A stretch of DNA of 64,000 nucleotides, from assembly GCA_964234715.1 (NCBI GenBank), contig OZ174286.1. One strand, written 5' to 3'. The translations under genes were made by a program, and so were the position numbers. The notes beneath the pieces were generated by a model, which was given only the letters and a program-made list of their open reading frames with translations, made no database searches and had not been told where the DNA came from. Below are positions 39,166 through 50,585 of this stretch, in pieces. Source of the stretch: Podarcis melisellensis (lineage: Eukaryota). Every line of letters starts with the position of its first letter. The stretch's first letter is position 1.

Positions 39166-39254
39166 AGTGGACTGGGGGACGTTCAGTTAATAGTTCTGCC
39201 CCACCTATCCAGTCCAGTGGGAGGAGTCATCAACTGAATGTCCTCCAGTCCACT
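39166..39254. repeat. 89-nt near-perfect hairpin
   Basis: agtggactgggggacgttcagtt pairs with aactgaatgtcctccagtccact (23 bp, two G-U pairs on the + strand). Confidence 0.8.
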
Positions 39255-40657
39255 ATGGCAAATAATTGTCTTTCTAGGAAGGCTGTGCAATCGTTTGTAG
39301 AAGTTTATTAGAAAACGTAGGCTAGGAAGATTCCAGTGATGCTTCAGAGGCAGAATGTTAGGCACAAATAAACAATATGACCTATTGGTATTGAAAAATA
39401 CCAAGTGCTTTTCTTTAGGCTCACAAAACAAAAAAATGTGCCTGCACATGAAAGTATGCACACACATACAAACATAACCATGCTCTCACTGATATAAGTG
39501 GACAAGCTATGTGCTTGGTTTAGGGAAACAGCTCCATGTCCTTCTACAGTGAGGTTAGAGGTTGACCCAAATTTTCAGTGCATAGTCATTATATAGGATG
39601 GTTGTCGTTTTTCCTGAATGCTAAACAAGCACAGTTGGAGCACGTGAGGAATTTCTGTGCTTACAGTCTCAGAAGGGTCAACTGTACAGGGTTGGCTGTA
39701 CATCCTGGTTAATCAATGGCTGCCATTAGCAAAACCCTAAAGTGAGTGCAAATTTCCAGCAACGTTGCAATTAGGCAGCCACCAGTAACCGGCACAGTGA
39801 GAACAAATGCCATACGGCTGGAGAAAAAGGAAAATAAGACAGGATTTTTGTGTGGGTTTTCTAAGAAAGGGGAAAAAATAGGAAAACAATTACCCCGCAG
39901 ATGTTCAATAAAGCTAGAATTAAGTTCCCAGCAGTATGATTAGCCTCAACTGTATAACTGTGCTGGCAACACCAGGCTCCTTGGAAAACGACTGACGTGG
40001 TGTCACTGCTCATCATTGCAACAGATGTTAAATGTTTCTTTATAATGTCCTTCTAATATTTCATCAGATTTCTTTTAATTTATTTTCAGAAACTTGCTTT
40101 CCTTAAGGCTTTGTTAAAGTAGATTTTTAAAGAGTTTTTCTCCCCCTCAAGAATAATGACCCACCAGCAAAAAGGATTAACAACACTGCACACAGACAAT
40201 GTATAATCAAGGCCCGCCTAAGAGTGCCCCAAGCCATACAGCTGTTGCAACTAAACCATGCTAGTTTGTAAGGTTTGCTTTACTACAGGGTGCCAACTCT
40301 GCATCACATCCGATTGCCTTTGATTTGGTCAACTTGACTTATTAGAACCGTCCAAATCACAAGGAGGACAAAAGAAGGCTAAGCAACTAAAGAGAGAGAC
40401 ATCTACTTGGCCACTGGAAGAAACAGGATGCTGGACTAGCTGGGCCACTGACTTAATCCAGCAGAGTGCTACAGTTAAACATGGATATTCAGAAACATCT
40501 ATTGCTTTGATACAAAGTATTCCTATTCAGTGCCACAGCTAATATGTATTCTGTAGCTTTGGCCAACAATGACAAAAAAAACCCTCGATTCTGCTCTTCA
40601 ATGAAAACTATTGTGAAAATGGCTGAGCCACATAGTTCAATGCTTTACACCCATTCA

Positions 40658-40862
40658 GGCTGTGTTCACATCGCTGTTTACTGTGGTTCCAGCGCCCTCC
40701 CACTGCTGTTATCTGAAGCCACATCCACATGACATTAGCCATAATCCAGCAATATTCTGCTGCTTCCTGAAAAATCCTACTTTTTGATGTGCTTTACTAT
40801 GAACCAACTCCCAGCTGGTTAGAAAACGGAAACCGCAGTTATGCTGTGGTGTGAACAGTTCA
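40658..40862. mobile_element. PIF/Harbinger-like MITE
   Basis: ggctgtgttcacatcgc..actgtggttcc / gaaaccgcagtt..gtggtgtgaacagttc inverted ends. Confidence 0.55.
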
Positions 40863-41334
40863 GGCAGCTTTTGCACAGATGCAGTTGATGGTACATGCAC
40901 AGGTGACAGCTTCATTGAATTGGGGTTCGGCATGAGAAAACAAATCATCATGTGAAAGCGTACTCTAAACAGCAATGGAAGAACGCATCTTGAAAATGCA
41001 GTCAGGGCAAATGGCCTTGCAGCTTTTCAACCTGGTAATGTGAACACAGTTCAAGAGAGATGAGTTCTAATACTCTCCTGGCCCAGGGCATGCAGGATGT
41101 AGAAATGTGGAACCAGGGAGAGATACCAATGGATCCCCCACGGCGGTAGCTGGATCGTGAAGATGGGGGGGGGGAATAACCTCCCACTGATCTGGGTCTC
41201 CATCCTCAGATACCTCAGCATCTGATAAGGTTAGGTTATTTGAGAATGAAAGCTTCTAAGACCCTGGTCCTGGCAGGTCAACCAATCAAAGGGAGGAAGT
41301 ACAGTTTATATGCCTAGGAAGATGCATACGCACA

Positions 41335-41540
41335 AAGCAGTGTAATATAACAGAACTAGGACTTGGGAGATCAGTGCTCAAAACCCCACTCAGCCATGAA
41401 GTTCATTGGGTGATCTTGAGCCACTCAGAGTTTCTCAGCCTAATCTTCCTCGCAGGATTGTGAGGATAAACTGGAAGTGTGCACATCACCACAAATTCTT
41501 CAAAGTAAAGTTGGGATATAAATGAAACAATTAATTAATA
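41335..41540 (+). mobile_element. MIR-derived (Squam3-like) SINE
   Basis: gactt gggaga..ccccactcagccatgaagttcattgggtga..tctcagcctaa..ttgtgaggataaa. Confidence 0.72.
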
Positions 41541-43149
41541 AAGATGTGAATGTGGCAGTATTTTCCCCTAAAACATTCATAAAACATGCTTCACAACTTC
41601 CAGTGCTATATTACTGTGCACAATGCAAACCATATATATATACCCCAGACCTGTGTGACCTCTATAATAAAGCTAAAATGGATCTGCTTCTCTTATCTAT
41701 CATTCAAGCTCCCTTTTCTCAACTCCGGCTGCACTCCTCACTATCTCCCACCAGTGCAATTGGCACGTGCAATCCGATCAATAGACCAGAAACCAGTGTA
41801 GAAATTACTGCTCTAGTATGTGACATTGCCAGAGACAGCATGACAGCAGTTCTCTTCACTGTCTGATTAAGTAGCTGTTAAAAGAGAGAGAGACAGAGAC
41901 GTGACACAGAAAAATCAAATTGGAGTTCAGCTTTTCTACACACAAGAAACTCAGAACTGGTAATAGAAGCACTAACACGGATCATAGAGATGCTTTATAA
42001 AGTTGAGAAATCAGGTGAGAAATTGCTTCCAGGGAAGGGGGGAGAAAAAGAGCTTCTCTTTTTAAAACCAGTATCTGAATCACAGCTACAACTCTGCACT
42101 AACCCAGCTTTTCCTCTGCATTATATTATGCATTATATTTTCCTCTGCATTATATAATACAAAGTATAGAATTTGCGATCACATCATACATGTACTCAAC
42201 ATAGGCTTGGCTTACAATTAACATGGTCTAACAAGGAGGAAGACAACATACAAACAGCCCATAAGCGGGCACAGAAGCAGACTTTTACAAAGCAGACAAA
42301 GACCCAACATGTTTTGGGTCAAAGATGGCTCTTTGTCAGGGGAAATCTATAACTAGCAGATACACAATCACAATAGGCATGCAAGATTTAATTTGTGAAG
42401 GAAGCAAAGACAAAAAGGTGAGGAAAATACAAGTTTCCTGGCAGAAAGCAACCACTGTTTCTGGGCTTGTTATAGCTGAACATATATTATCAACAAATCA
42501 GGGCAAGAAATCCAACCTGTTATTCACCATCTTAGATCACTAATGTCTTTGCAACATACTGTGAATCTATCTATCTATTTAGTATTTCAAGTGTCACACC
42601 TGTGCACACACATCTGTCAGCCTTCTTTCCTAGAGAGGAAGATAACAGGCTGGACCTAGTTCCTCTAACCTCCCCCTTCAGAAAAATCCATGCCTGAAAT
42701 GGCTATGTTCATAGAAACTATATAACACAGCAAGGCAAGCTAGGTTTTCAAGCATTCGTGCCTTTATTACTTCACTATGAAATGTACCAATCATATTATT
42801 CATTGCATGCTGATTAGTATGGTTCCAGTTCCAAATATTAAGTGAAAAGTAATCCAAAACAGCAGGTTGCCAAGCAACCAAATGGCCTGTGTTTAGAAGC
42901 CTCTCCTGTCTTTAACTTACCATTTCTACCACTGTTGCCCCAAGCTCTCCGTAAGAATAATTTGGTTTGGGAAGTGGGATGGTGGGTAGCAAATCCCATT
43001 ATGAGCTAAAATCAAGTTATGAGTTTGGGTCTGACTCATAACTAGACATAGATTTCATATTCCAACTCCTCTGCTCTGAAATTCATTGCCACCACTTTTT
43101 GAAGCAGAAGAAACCCTTCATTACTTGCTGGTCTGGATTCCCCAACCCA

Positions 43150-43270
43150 GTACCCTTCAGACATTTTGGAACTACAATTCCCATCATCCCTGAGTCTTCC
43201 CCGTACTAGGCTCAGGCTGATAGGAGTTGTAGTCCAAAAACCTGGAGTGCACCAGGTTGAGAAATGCAGC
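43150..43270. mobile_element. palindromic MITE, family A copy
   Basis: cagacattttggaactacaattcccatc..gataggagttgtagtccaaaaacctgg. Confidence 0.6.
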
Positions 43271-43502
43271 TCAACACGATCTATGCAAGGGCCATTTCAG
43301 CTGAAGTAGTCACTTTGTGCAATTCCCTGTCTTCAAAGGTGCAGCAAGCTCATCAGTGCTTAAGTTTCACCATTTACTGAAGATGCACCTCTTCACTGAG
43401 GCTTTAGAGCTGTCTTGATATTGCTGTTTAATTGGGTTTCTGCAATCTTCTGAGTTACTAAACAGTCTGTTGTAACATATAATCTTGCTCCTGTTTTAAA
43501 GT

Positions 43503-43639
43503 NNNNNNNNNNNNNNNNNNNNNNNNNNNNNNNNNNNNNNNNNNNNNNNNNNNNNNNNNNNNNNNNNNNNNNNNNNNNNNNNNNNNNNNNNNNNNNNNNN
43601 NNNNNNNNNNNNNNNNNNNNNNNNNNNNNNNNNNNNNNN
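43503..43639. other. assembly gap (137 N)
   Basis: Run of N. Confidence 1.
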
Positions 43640-44136
43640 TTTGTACTTTTATCTGTGAACTACTACTATGATTCTGAATAAAGAGTGCAGTATAAGTGGA
43701 AATCATAAATAAATGCAAGGAGCAGAAGGTTTTCACATAATCTTTACAACATACAGAGGAGAAATATATTGGCCCCTAGGTATAAATGTTCAAAGGAACA
43801 AACTTTTAAAAAATGGTCTCAAGCGAGGCTGAGAATTTTAAATAAATGGCATTTGATGCTCAAGAAATATTCAGAACTAGCCATATATTATGGGCAGGAG
43901 CTTATGCAACTAGACAATATTTCTGAATGCCGCCAACAGTCTCCACAACAAAGGTAGTGCCGCCCCACAAAATTTATCAAAAACAGAACACCAAGTCCTA
44001 CAGTTCAGCAACTTCCAAAACTTCTGCCAGTCATGTTACAACTGTAAAACCTGTTCTAGAGCAATTCCTTTCCACTGGTCTCTTTAAAATTCATTCTACA
44101 GTTTTATTATGAGTGCTGAATGCAAACACAATTCTA

Positions 44137-44741
44137 AAAGCATATTACCCAACTAATTTGCAGACCCCTCAAATTGGCAGAATATGCCCCTGCTTCTCCT
44201 CCCAATCCCAAATGTCCCAATTTTGCTCCCCTGCGTTGGTGGCGCTAGAGCGAGGGAGCAATAGATGGGCGTTTTTTTAGTTCTGCTGTGGCGCGATTCC
44301 AGGACCAGGACGACCAGGACCAAAAAACGGAAGAAAAACTGACCCTGATCTCCTCTTCCAGAAGTCCGTCTGCAGTGCAGGACAAAGCAGCGGAGGCAAG
44401 TCTAAGTCTGCGCTGCATCAAAAGACACGGCACAAGCCAGTGCAACCTCTCCCAGGTTGCTTGGGTCTATGTCGCATCAGGAGATGCAGTGCAGGCTGGG
44501 CTGGCCTTCCTGCAAGGCTTGCCAAAAGGTCTGCCCAGCCTGTGCCACCTATCCCAAGGCAGTGGAGGACAGCCATGGCTTGCAAATGGCCAGGCCAGCC
44601 TTCCAGAAGGAGTGGCAGTGGACTTCCAGAAGGAGTGGCAAGAAAGTGGCAGTGGCGGGGAGGAGGCAAGGGATGGTGTCAGTAGGTGGGTGGTAGGGTG
44701 CCCCAAATTGCCCTCCCAAAATGTTGGGGGGTATGACTTTG
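44137..44741. mobile_element. GC-rich non-autonomous DNA transposon remnant (hAT-like)
   Basis: Imperfect TIRs catattacccaac / gttggggggtatg; CpG-rich interior with a ttccagaaggagtggca duplication; no clean TSD. Confidence 0.5.
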
Positions 44742-44843
44742 TCAGATAACTTGCAGAACAATCATCTTCATGTCTACTCAGAAGCACAGGGTTCAACGGG
44801 ATTTACTCATAGGCAAGTAGGTAACAGGATTGCAGATGTAGAC

Positions 44844-44970
44844 CAGGCTTCCTCAACCAGGATGTTTTTGGCCTACAACTCCCATGATCCCTAGCTAGCA
44901 GGACCAGTGGTCAAGGATGATGTGAACTGTAGTCTCAAAACATCTGGAGGACCGAGGTTGAGTAAGTCTG
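44844..44970. mobile_element. palindromic MITE, family A-related copy
   Basis: caggcttcctcaacc..gatgtttttggcctacaactccc..tgtagtctcaaaacatctgg..ggttgagtaagtctg. Confidence 0.7.
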
Positions 44971-45609
44971 CTTATAGACTATTATTTCACATCAGATATA
45001 CTGTAAAACACAGAAAACACTGAATCTATTGCTACATACACAACTTAAAGAAAAATAAATGCACACAGAGCATTTAGTCAATAAAACATTTTCTGGGGCG
45101 TGTGGGCAAGAAATTAACCTCCTCCTGTGTTCCCAAGGCATTAATGAATGAGCTTGCTCAAGTTCATCAATTCTTACTATGCTCTCCTCAAGGCAAAACT
45201 TATTGTTTTCCTCATAAATTCTAAAGAGAATTTCTAAAAACTTCCTCAAGGGTGGGATTTTGCTATTTCATCATTTCTTTTACCTTCTTGGAAATAACTC
45301 CCACTTCTCTCTCCCCACCCCCACCCCCACACAAAAGAGACTATGGTCCAAGAAAATGCAGAGAGAAAATACTATTCTTCTAAAGGACACACACACTATA
45401 GTGAGAAAAAGACAAGAGGGTAAAATGTTATGCAAACACGCCCCTCTCATTACTTTGCAAAGACCCTATTCAAACGTTTCTATGGTGACATAGTTCCTGC
45501 TGAAAAACAATTCTGGCACAGTCTGGCCCTCATGTAACATGAGTTGCCCAAATCACATGATCAGCTCCCTTACAAGCAATGCAAACTGAGGCTTCTGGGA
45601 AAGGGTATA

Positions 45610-45990
45610 TTTGTTATTGAATTTATTTTCCAAGAGTGCTGTTGAATATAAACATTTCCAAGGTGCCTTATAACAATAGATAACTAACAAGATACAAGCC
45701 ATCTCAATGATAAAAACCAAATCAGATGGTAAAAGCTGTGTAAAAATGAATGACAGAAGCTGTTTAAAGTTCTGGGAAGATTTTTAAAAAAGCATTCATG
45801 GAGCACTGGAAAGACATTAGAGCAGGTCCCAGAACATTCCACAATCAGGGTGCTGCCCCTGGAACCCCCCTTCCCCAACATCTCCCTTGCTTAAGATTTA
45901 GCCATGGGGAAAGGGCAGCCAATGTCTGGGGGCCAATGGAAGGGAATGTGTAATTTCTAAGAGGAAGGAATAGTTCTCTAGCCAGGAAGG
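45610..45990 (-). mobile_element. old L2-type LINE 3' fragment
   Basis: ccaaggtgccttataac..aacattccacaatcagggtgc..; degenerate. Confidence 0.4.
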
Positions 45991-46026
45991 ACAATGTATG
46001 CAAAGAAACTATGACCTAGAAGTTAG

Positions 46027-46164
46027 CAGGGGTAATCAATGTGGTGTCTTCCAGAAATCATTGGACAACAATTCCCATCATCCCTGACCATTGGCCATGC
46101 TGGCTGGGGCTGATGGGAGTTGTGGCCTAACAACATTTGGAGGGTATCATGTTGGCTACCCCTG
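46027..46164. mobile_element. palindromic hAT(Charlie)-like MITE, family A
   Basis: TIRs caggggtaatcaa / ttggctacccctg; internal cccatcatccctgacc..gggctgatggg. Confidence 0.75.
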
Positions 46165-46296
46165 AAGTAAACCACAACATGATGGTTTGAAGCAGAACCT
46201 AGAAGCTCAGGTGACAATAGGCTAGCCCCACTTACCCCCTAAATTCACTAGAACATGCAAGAGATGACACAGAGACTCAAACCTTCCTCTTGGCTT

Positions 46297-46708
46297 ACAG
46301 ATAGGTAGCCGTGTTGGTCTGCCATAGCCAAAACAAAAGAAATTCCTTCCAGTAGCACCTTAAAGACCAACTAAGTTAGTTCTTGGTATGAGCTTTCGTG
46401 TGCATGCACACTTCTTCAGATACACTGAAACAGAAGTCACCAGACCCTTCTATATAGTGAGAAGGTGGGGAGGGGTATTACTCAGAAGGGTGGTGGGAAT
46501 GGGTGATTGGCAGATAGCTGTGATGAGCCTGTTGATGACTCTTAACGACTGCAATAGGTCTTACAGGAAAAAGCAAGGGGTGAGAAGGTGAAAAATGGCT
46601 TTGTCATGTATAATGAGATAAGAATCCAATGTCTTTGTTCAGACCAGGTCTCTCCATGGTTTTGAGTTTGGTAATAAGTTGCAATTCAGCAGCTTCTCTT
46701 TCCAGTCT
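46297..46708 (-). mobile_element. 5'-truncated Penelope-like retroelement (ORF C-terminus plus pseudo-LTR)
   Basis: Minus-strand peptide RLEREAAELQLITKLKTMERPGLNKDIGFLSHYT* fits the E..I..GLN end of the GIY-YIG endonuclease; 3' UTR contains a hammerhead; flanking direct repeat ttcctcttggctt at 46284-46296 and 46715-46727. Confidence 0.82.
46386..46423 (-). ncRNA. minimal type-I hammerhead ribozyme
   Basis: GUAU-CUGAAGA-A-GUGUGCAUGCACAC-GAAA-GC-UC-AUAC: stem I GUAU/AUAC, palindromic stem II, intact core, palindromic AGCU stem III. Confidence 0.8.
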
Positions 46709-47136
46709 TGGCTTTTCCTCTTGGCTTTTCATCCATCCTAGAAGGCATGATGATTTGAATGATTGCATGACTGCTTGTTTTGAGATGTAGAAGGTGGTGG
46801 GTGGTGAACACACAGAAACACACAGGAAGAACAGTAGTTTGCAAAAAGCTGTGAGCAGCACTGAAATGACTCCTCTAGGTTGCCTCTGAATAACAGTTAA
46901 AAACTAACCTCTCTGGATCCAGAAATTCCTCTTGGAATTTTACTTTAATCAGCCAGTCAACAATCCATACTCACTGTGCTGTCTACCCTCACTCTTAGGC
47001 TTGGTTTTTAAAGATTTTTTTTTTTGTATTTTTGCAATCTTTGGGGTTCCTGCTTACTCACCCCTCTTCCATGTAGATAATGCTGTTTTGACAACATATG
47101 GTAAATATAGGCATTAAATGAATGAGTTCACTCTGT

Positions 47137-47186
47137 GGGCAGCCAGTGTAGTGTACCGGTTTTAGTGTTGGACTAGAACCTGGGAG
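47137..47186 (+). mobile_element. Squam3-like SINE head split by BovB (continues at about 48334-48346)
   Basis: gggcagccagtgtagtgtac..agtgttggactagaacctgggag | accacggttcaa (B box). Confidence 0.65.
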
Positions 47187-48305
47187 GAACCAGAGACCAA
47201 ATTGCAAACATGCGCTGGATTATGGAGAAAGCTAGAGAGTTCCAGAAAGACATCTACTTCTGCTTCATTGACTATGCAAAGGCCTTTGACTGTGTCGACC
47301 ACAGCAAACTATGGCAAGTTCTTAAAGAAATGGGAGTGCCTGATCACCTCATCTGTCTCCTGAGAAATCTCTATGGTTCTCTGACTGGTTCAAAATTGGG
47401 AAAGGAGTACGGCAAGGCTGTATATTGTCTCCCTGCTTATTTAACTTATATGCAGAATTCATCATGCGAAAGGCTGGACTGGATGAATCCCAAGCCGGAA
47501 TTAAGATCACCGGAAGAAATATAAATAACCTCAGATATGCAGATGACACAACCTTGATGGCAGAAAGTGAGGAGGAATTAAAGAACCTGTTATTGAGGGT
47601 GAAAGAGGAGAGCGCAAAATATGGTCTGAAGCTCAACATAAAAAAATGAAGATCATGGCCACTGGGCCCATCACCTTGTGGCAAATAGAAGGGGAAGAAA
47701 TGGAGGCAGTGAGAGATTTTACTTTCTTGGGCTCCATGATCACTGCAGATGGTGACAGCAGTCACAAAATTAAAAGACGCCTGCTCCTTGGGAGAAAGGT
47801 GATGGCAAACCTAGACAGCATCTTAAAAAGCAGAGACATCACCTTACCAACAAAGGTCCATATAGTTAAAGCCATGGTTTTCCCAGTAGTGATGTATGGA
47901 AGTGAGAGCTGGACCATAAAGAAGGCTGATCGCCGAAGAATTGATGCTTTTGAATTATGGTGCTGGAGGAGACTCTTAAGAGTCCCATGGACTGCAAGAA
48001 GATCAAATGCATCCATTCTTAAGGAAATTAGCCCTGAGTGTTCACTAGAAGGACAGATCGTGAAGCTGAGGCTCCAATACTTTGGCCACCTCATGAGAAG
48101 AGAAGACTCCCTGGAAAAGACCCTGATGTTGGGAAAGATTGAGGGCACAAGGAGAAGGGGACGACAGAGGACGAGATGGTTGGACAGTGTTCTCGAAGCT
48201 ACAGACATGAGTCTGACCAAACTGCGGGAGGCAGTGGAAGACAGGAGTGCCTGGTGTGCTCTGGTCCATGGGGTCATGAAGAGTTGGACACAACTAAACG
48301 ACTAA
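47187..48305 (+). pseudogene. BovB reverse transcriptase C-terminal remnant, frameshifted
   Basis: Split over three ORFs (47210-, 47425-, 47646-48305); frame changes near 47375 and 47645. Confidence 0.9.
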
Positions 48306-48321
48306 ACAACAACAACAACAA
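47187..48321 (+). mobile_element. BovB (RTE-clade) LINE, 5'-truncated
   Basis: RT motifs FIDYAKAFDCVDH, SPCLFNLY, NLRYADD and the RTE C-terminus IDAFELWCWRRLLRVPW; (CAA)n tail; TSD agaacctgggag at 47175-47186 and 48322-48333. Confidence 0.96.
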
Positions 48322-49684
48322 AGAACCTGGGAGACCACGGTTCAAGATTACACCTTGAACTCCTTGGAGGAAATGTAGAAAAAAAATGTTAAAATAGTAA
48401 TATTAGTATGTCTAATGCTGCATGTTATATTTGTGTTTCACTGCTTGTCATCTCAACCTACAAAATTATACCATTTATATTGATACTCATTGTTCTCGTT
48501 TAAAAATTGAGCAAGGAAACCACAGTCAAAATTATTGTTTTCAATCAAAGCTCTCCAAAACATTCCCTTCTGCTGAATAATTTTTGAAACTTTGAATGTA
48601 TCTAAAGTGACGTGACTCGCCTCAGAGGACATCTGAGGTTTGCCCTTTTTAATTTTTTGGGGGTGGGAAAATTCACTGCAGCCAAGAAAGATCTTGCACA
48701 ACTATATGTCATTAGAACAATTTCTTTCTCTGCCTGGTTTGTGAGAAGAGAAACTCAAACATGTGGTCTGCAGTTCTTGCATGCAATCCTCTTTCCAACT
48801 CAAATTGTATGAGAGTTGTTGATTCCTTCACTCGACATCTTGTATTATTCGGTGAAATTTCCCAGAGCAGAACATTTTCCATGCTCAATGTCCACATATG
48901 CAAGTAGTTTTTCTATTCTGCTCATTCAAAAACTGCAGAGAACGGCCAATTGGCATCTCATGGTCATGCCATGATCTCACAAAAAATCTGAGACAGATTT
49001 GGAAAACCACCCACACCACAGAGCTCATAATTGCCACTTTCAAAAAAACAACAGCACCAACTCTCAGCATTGGTAGCTGCTAACTGCTACCTCATAAAAA
49101 TGCAATCAGTCAAAAACTAAAAAAGTAAAGACATCAGCTCATGTTTCTTGCTTCCTTGATTTAGCCTAAAAGACCAATAAACAAAACTTCAGCCTAACAC
49201 TCAGAACATGACAGAATTCTCAGATATAACACAATAAATCCATGTTCCAATGAGTTTTAATGAAGCTAAACAGAAGTTCAGCTGACATAAGATGAGCCTG
49301 GTGGATCAGTTCAGCATCCTGTTCTAATAGCAGCCAACCGAATGCCTTTGAGAAGCCCAGAAGCAACACAATAGCCCGCTTCCCTCCTGTGGTTTCCAGC
49401 AACTGGTTTTCAGAAGCATATTGCCTCTAAAAATGGAGGTATAACACAACTATCATGGTTAGTAGCCATTCATAGCCTTCACCTCCATTAATCTGTCCAG
49501 TCTTCTTTTAAAGTCATCCAAGTTGGTAGCCATCAGTGCCTCTTGTGGGAACGATTCCATTGTTTAACTATGTACCATGTGAAGAACTACTTTCTTTGTG
49601 TGTTGAAATGGAGAAAAACTATTCTCTACCCACATTCTCCACGCAGTGGAGAATTTTCTGCATTTTGATCATGTTGCCTCTCAC

Positions 49685-49823
49685 AGTTCAGTTGGTTAGA
49701 GCTTAGTGCTGATGATGCCAAGATTGCAGATTTAATCCCCGTATGGGACAACTGCATATTCCTGCATTGCAGGTGGTTGGACTAGATGATCCTCAGAATC
49801 CCTTCCAATTCTATGATTCTATG
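49685..49823 (+). mobile_element. short tRNA-derived SINE with CR1-type (TTCTATGA)n tail
   Basis: agttcagttggttagagc..gatttaatcccc head; ggttggactagatgatcctc..cccttccaattctatgattctatga tail. Confidence 0.75.
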
Positions 49824-49895
49824 AATTCGCTCACCTTTTCCCTTAAAAAGCCCCAGATACTGTACCCAAATGTTGCTCCATCCAACTCCACAATA

Positions 49896-50137
49896 CAGTG
49901 GTACCTCAGGTTACATACGCTTCAGGTTACATGCGCTTCAGGTTACAGACTCCGCTAACCCAGAAATAATGCTTCAGGTTAAGAACTTTGCTTCAGGATG
50001 AGAACAGAAATCATGCTCCCGCGGCGCGGCAGCAGCGGGAGGCCCCATTAGCTAAAGTGGTGCTTCAGGTTAAGAACAGTTTCAGGTTAAGAACGGACCT
50101 CTGGAATGAACTGAGTACTTAACCTGAGGTGCCACTG
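49896..50137. mobile_element. Tigger/pogo-like MITE, copy 2
   Basis: TA|cagtggtacctcaggtta ... taacctgaggtgccactg|TA. Confidence 0.9.
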
Positions 50138-50359
50138 TATAGATTTTGAGGAGAGGCAACCAGACCTTGTACACAGCATTCCAAATGCAGTTATACCATA
50201 GATTTAAATAGCGACCGTATGATCAATGAAAGAGAGGTTTTGCTTGAAAGCAAGCAAAAATATCATTTTGGGAATCATTCATTCTATGTAAAAAATGCCA
50301 TGTAACATAATAAGAGCAGAATATAGGATTACTTAAAATCTGTAAATATCAGGAATGAA

Positions 50360-50585
50360 AGTAGTGCACAATGGTTAGAGTGTCTGATTTAGGCGGGGGA
50401 GATCTGGGTTTGAATCCCTGCTTAACCATCAAGTGCAATGTATGATTTGGAGCTGGTGACGGGCTGTCAGCAGAGCATAATTCATGGGCTTGTTTGTGAG
50501 GATATAATGGGAGAACTTTCCTATATGCTACCTACCCTGAGCTCCTTAAGCGAAAATGTAGGATATATACATGAGAAATCAATAA
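50360..50585 (+). mobile_element. MIR-derived (Squam3-like) SINE
   Basis: tggttagagtgtctga..ctgggtttgaatccc..ttgtgaggatataatgggag..ccctgagctcc. Confidence 0.6.

Larger units (their letters stand above)
49283..50215 (-). mobile_element. CR1-type LINE 3' fragment carrying two nested insertions
   Basis: cataagatgagcctggtggatcag..catccaagttggtagccatc..; resumes after the inserts as ttttgaggagaggcaaccagac..cacagcattccaaatgcag. Confidence 0.7.

Noticed and set aside
43458-43736. ORF spanning the N run
   Set aside because: Artefact of the assembly gap
44245-44796. Cluster of overlapping ORFs up to 153 aa
   Set aside because: GC-rich transposon interior, open in many frames on both strands, with no recognisable domain
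47349-48293. Minus-strand ORFs of 138, 171 and 82 aa
   Set aside because: Antisense shadows of the BovB reverse transcriptase
49685-49760. tRNA-like sequences here and at other SINE heads
   Set aside because: Degenerate, lack full cloverleafs and are joined to SINE bodies, so they are not tRNA genes
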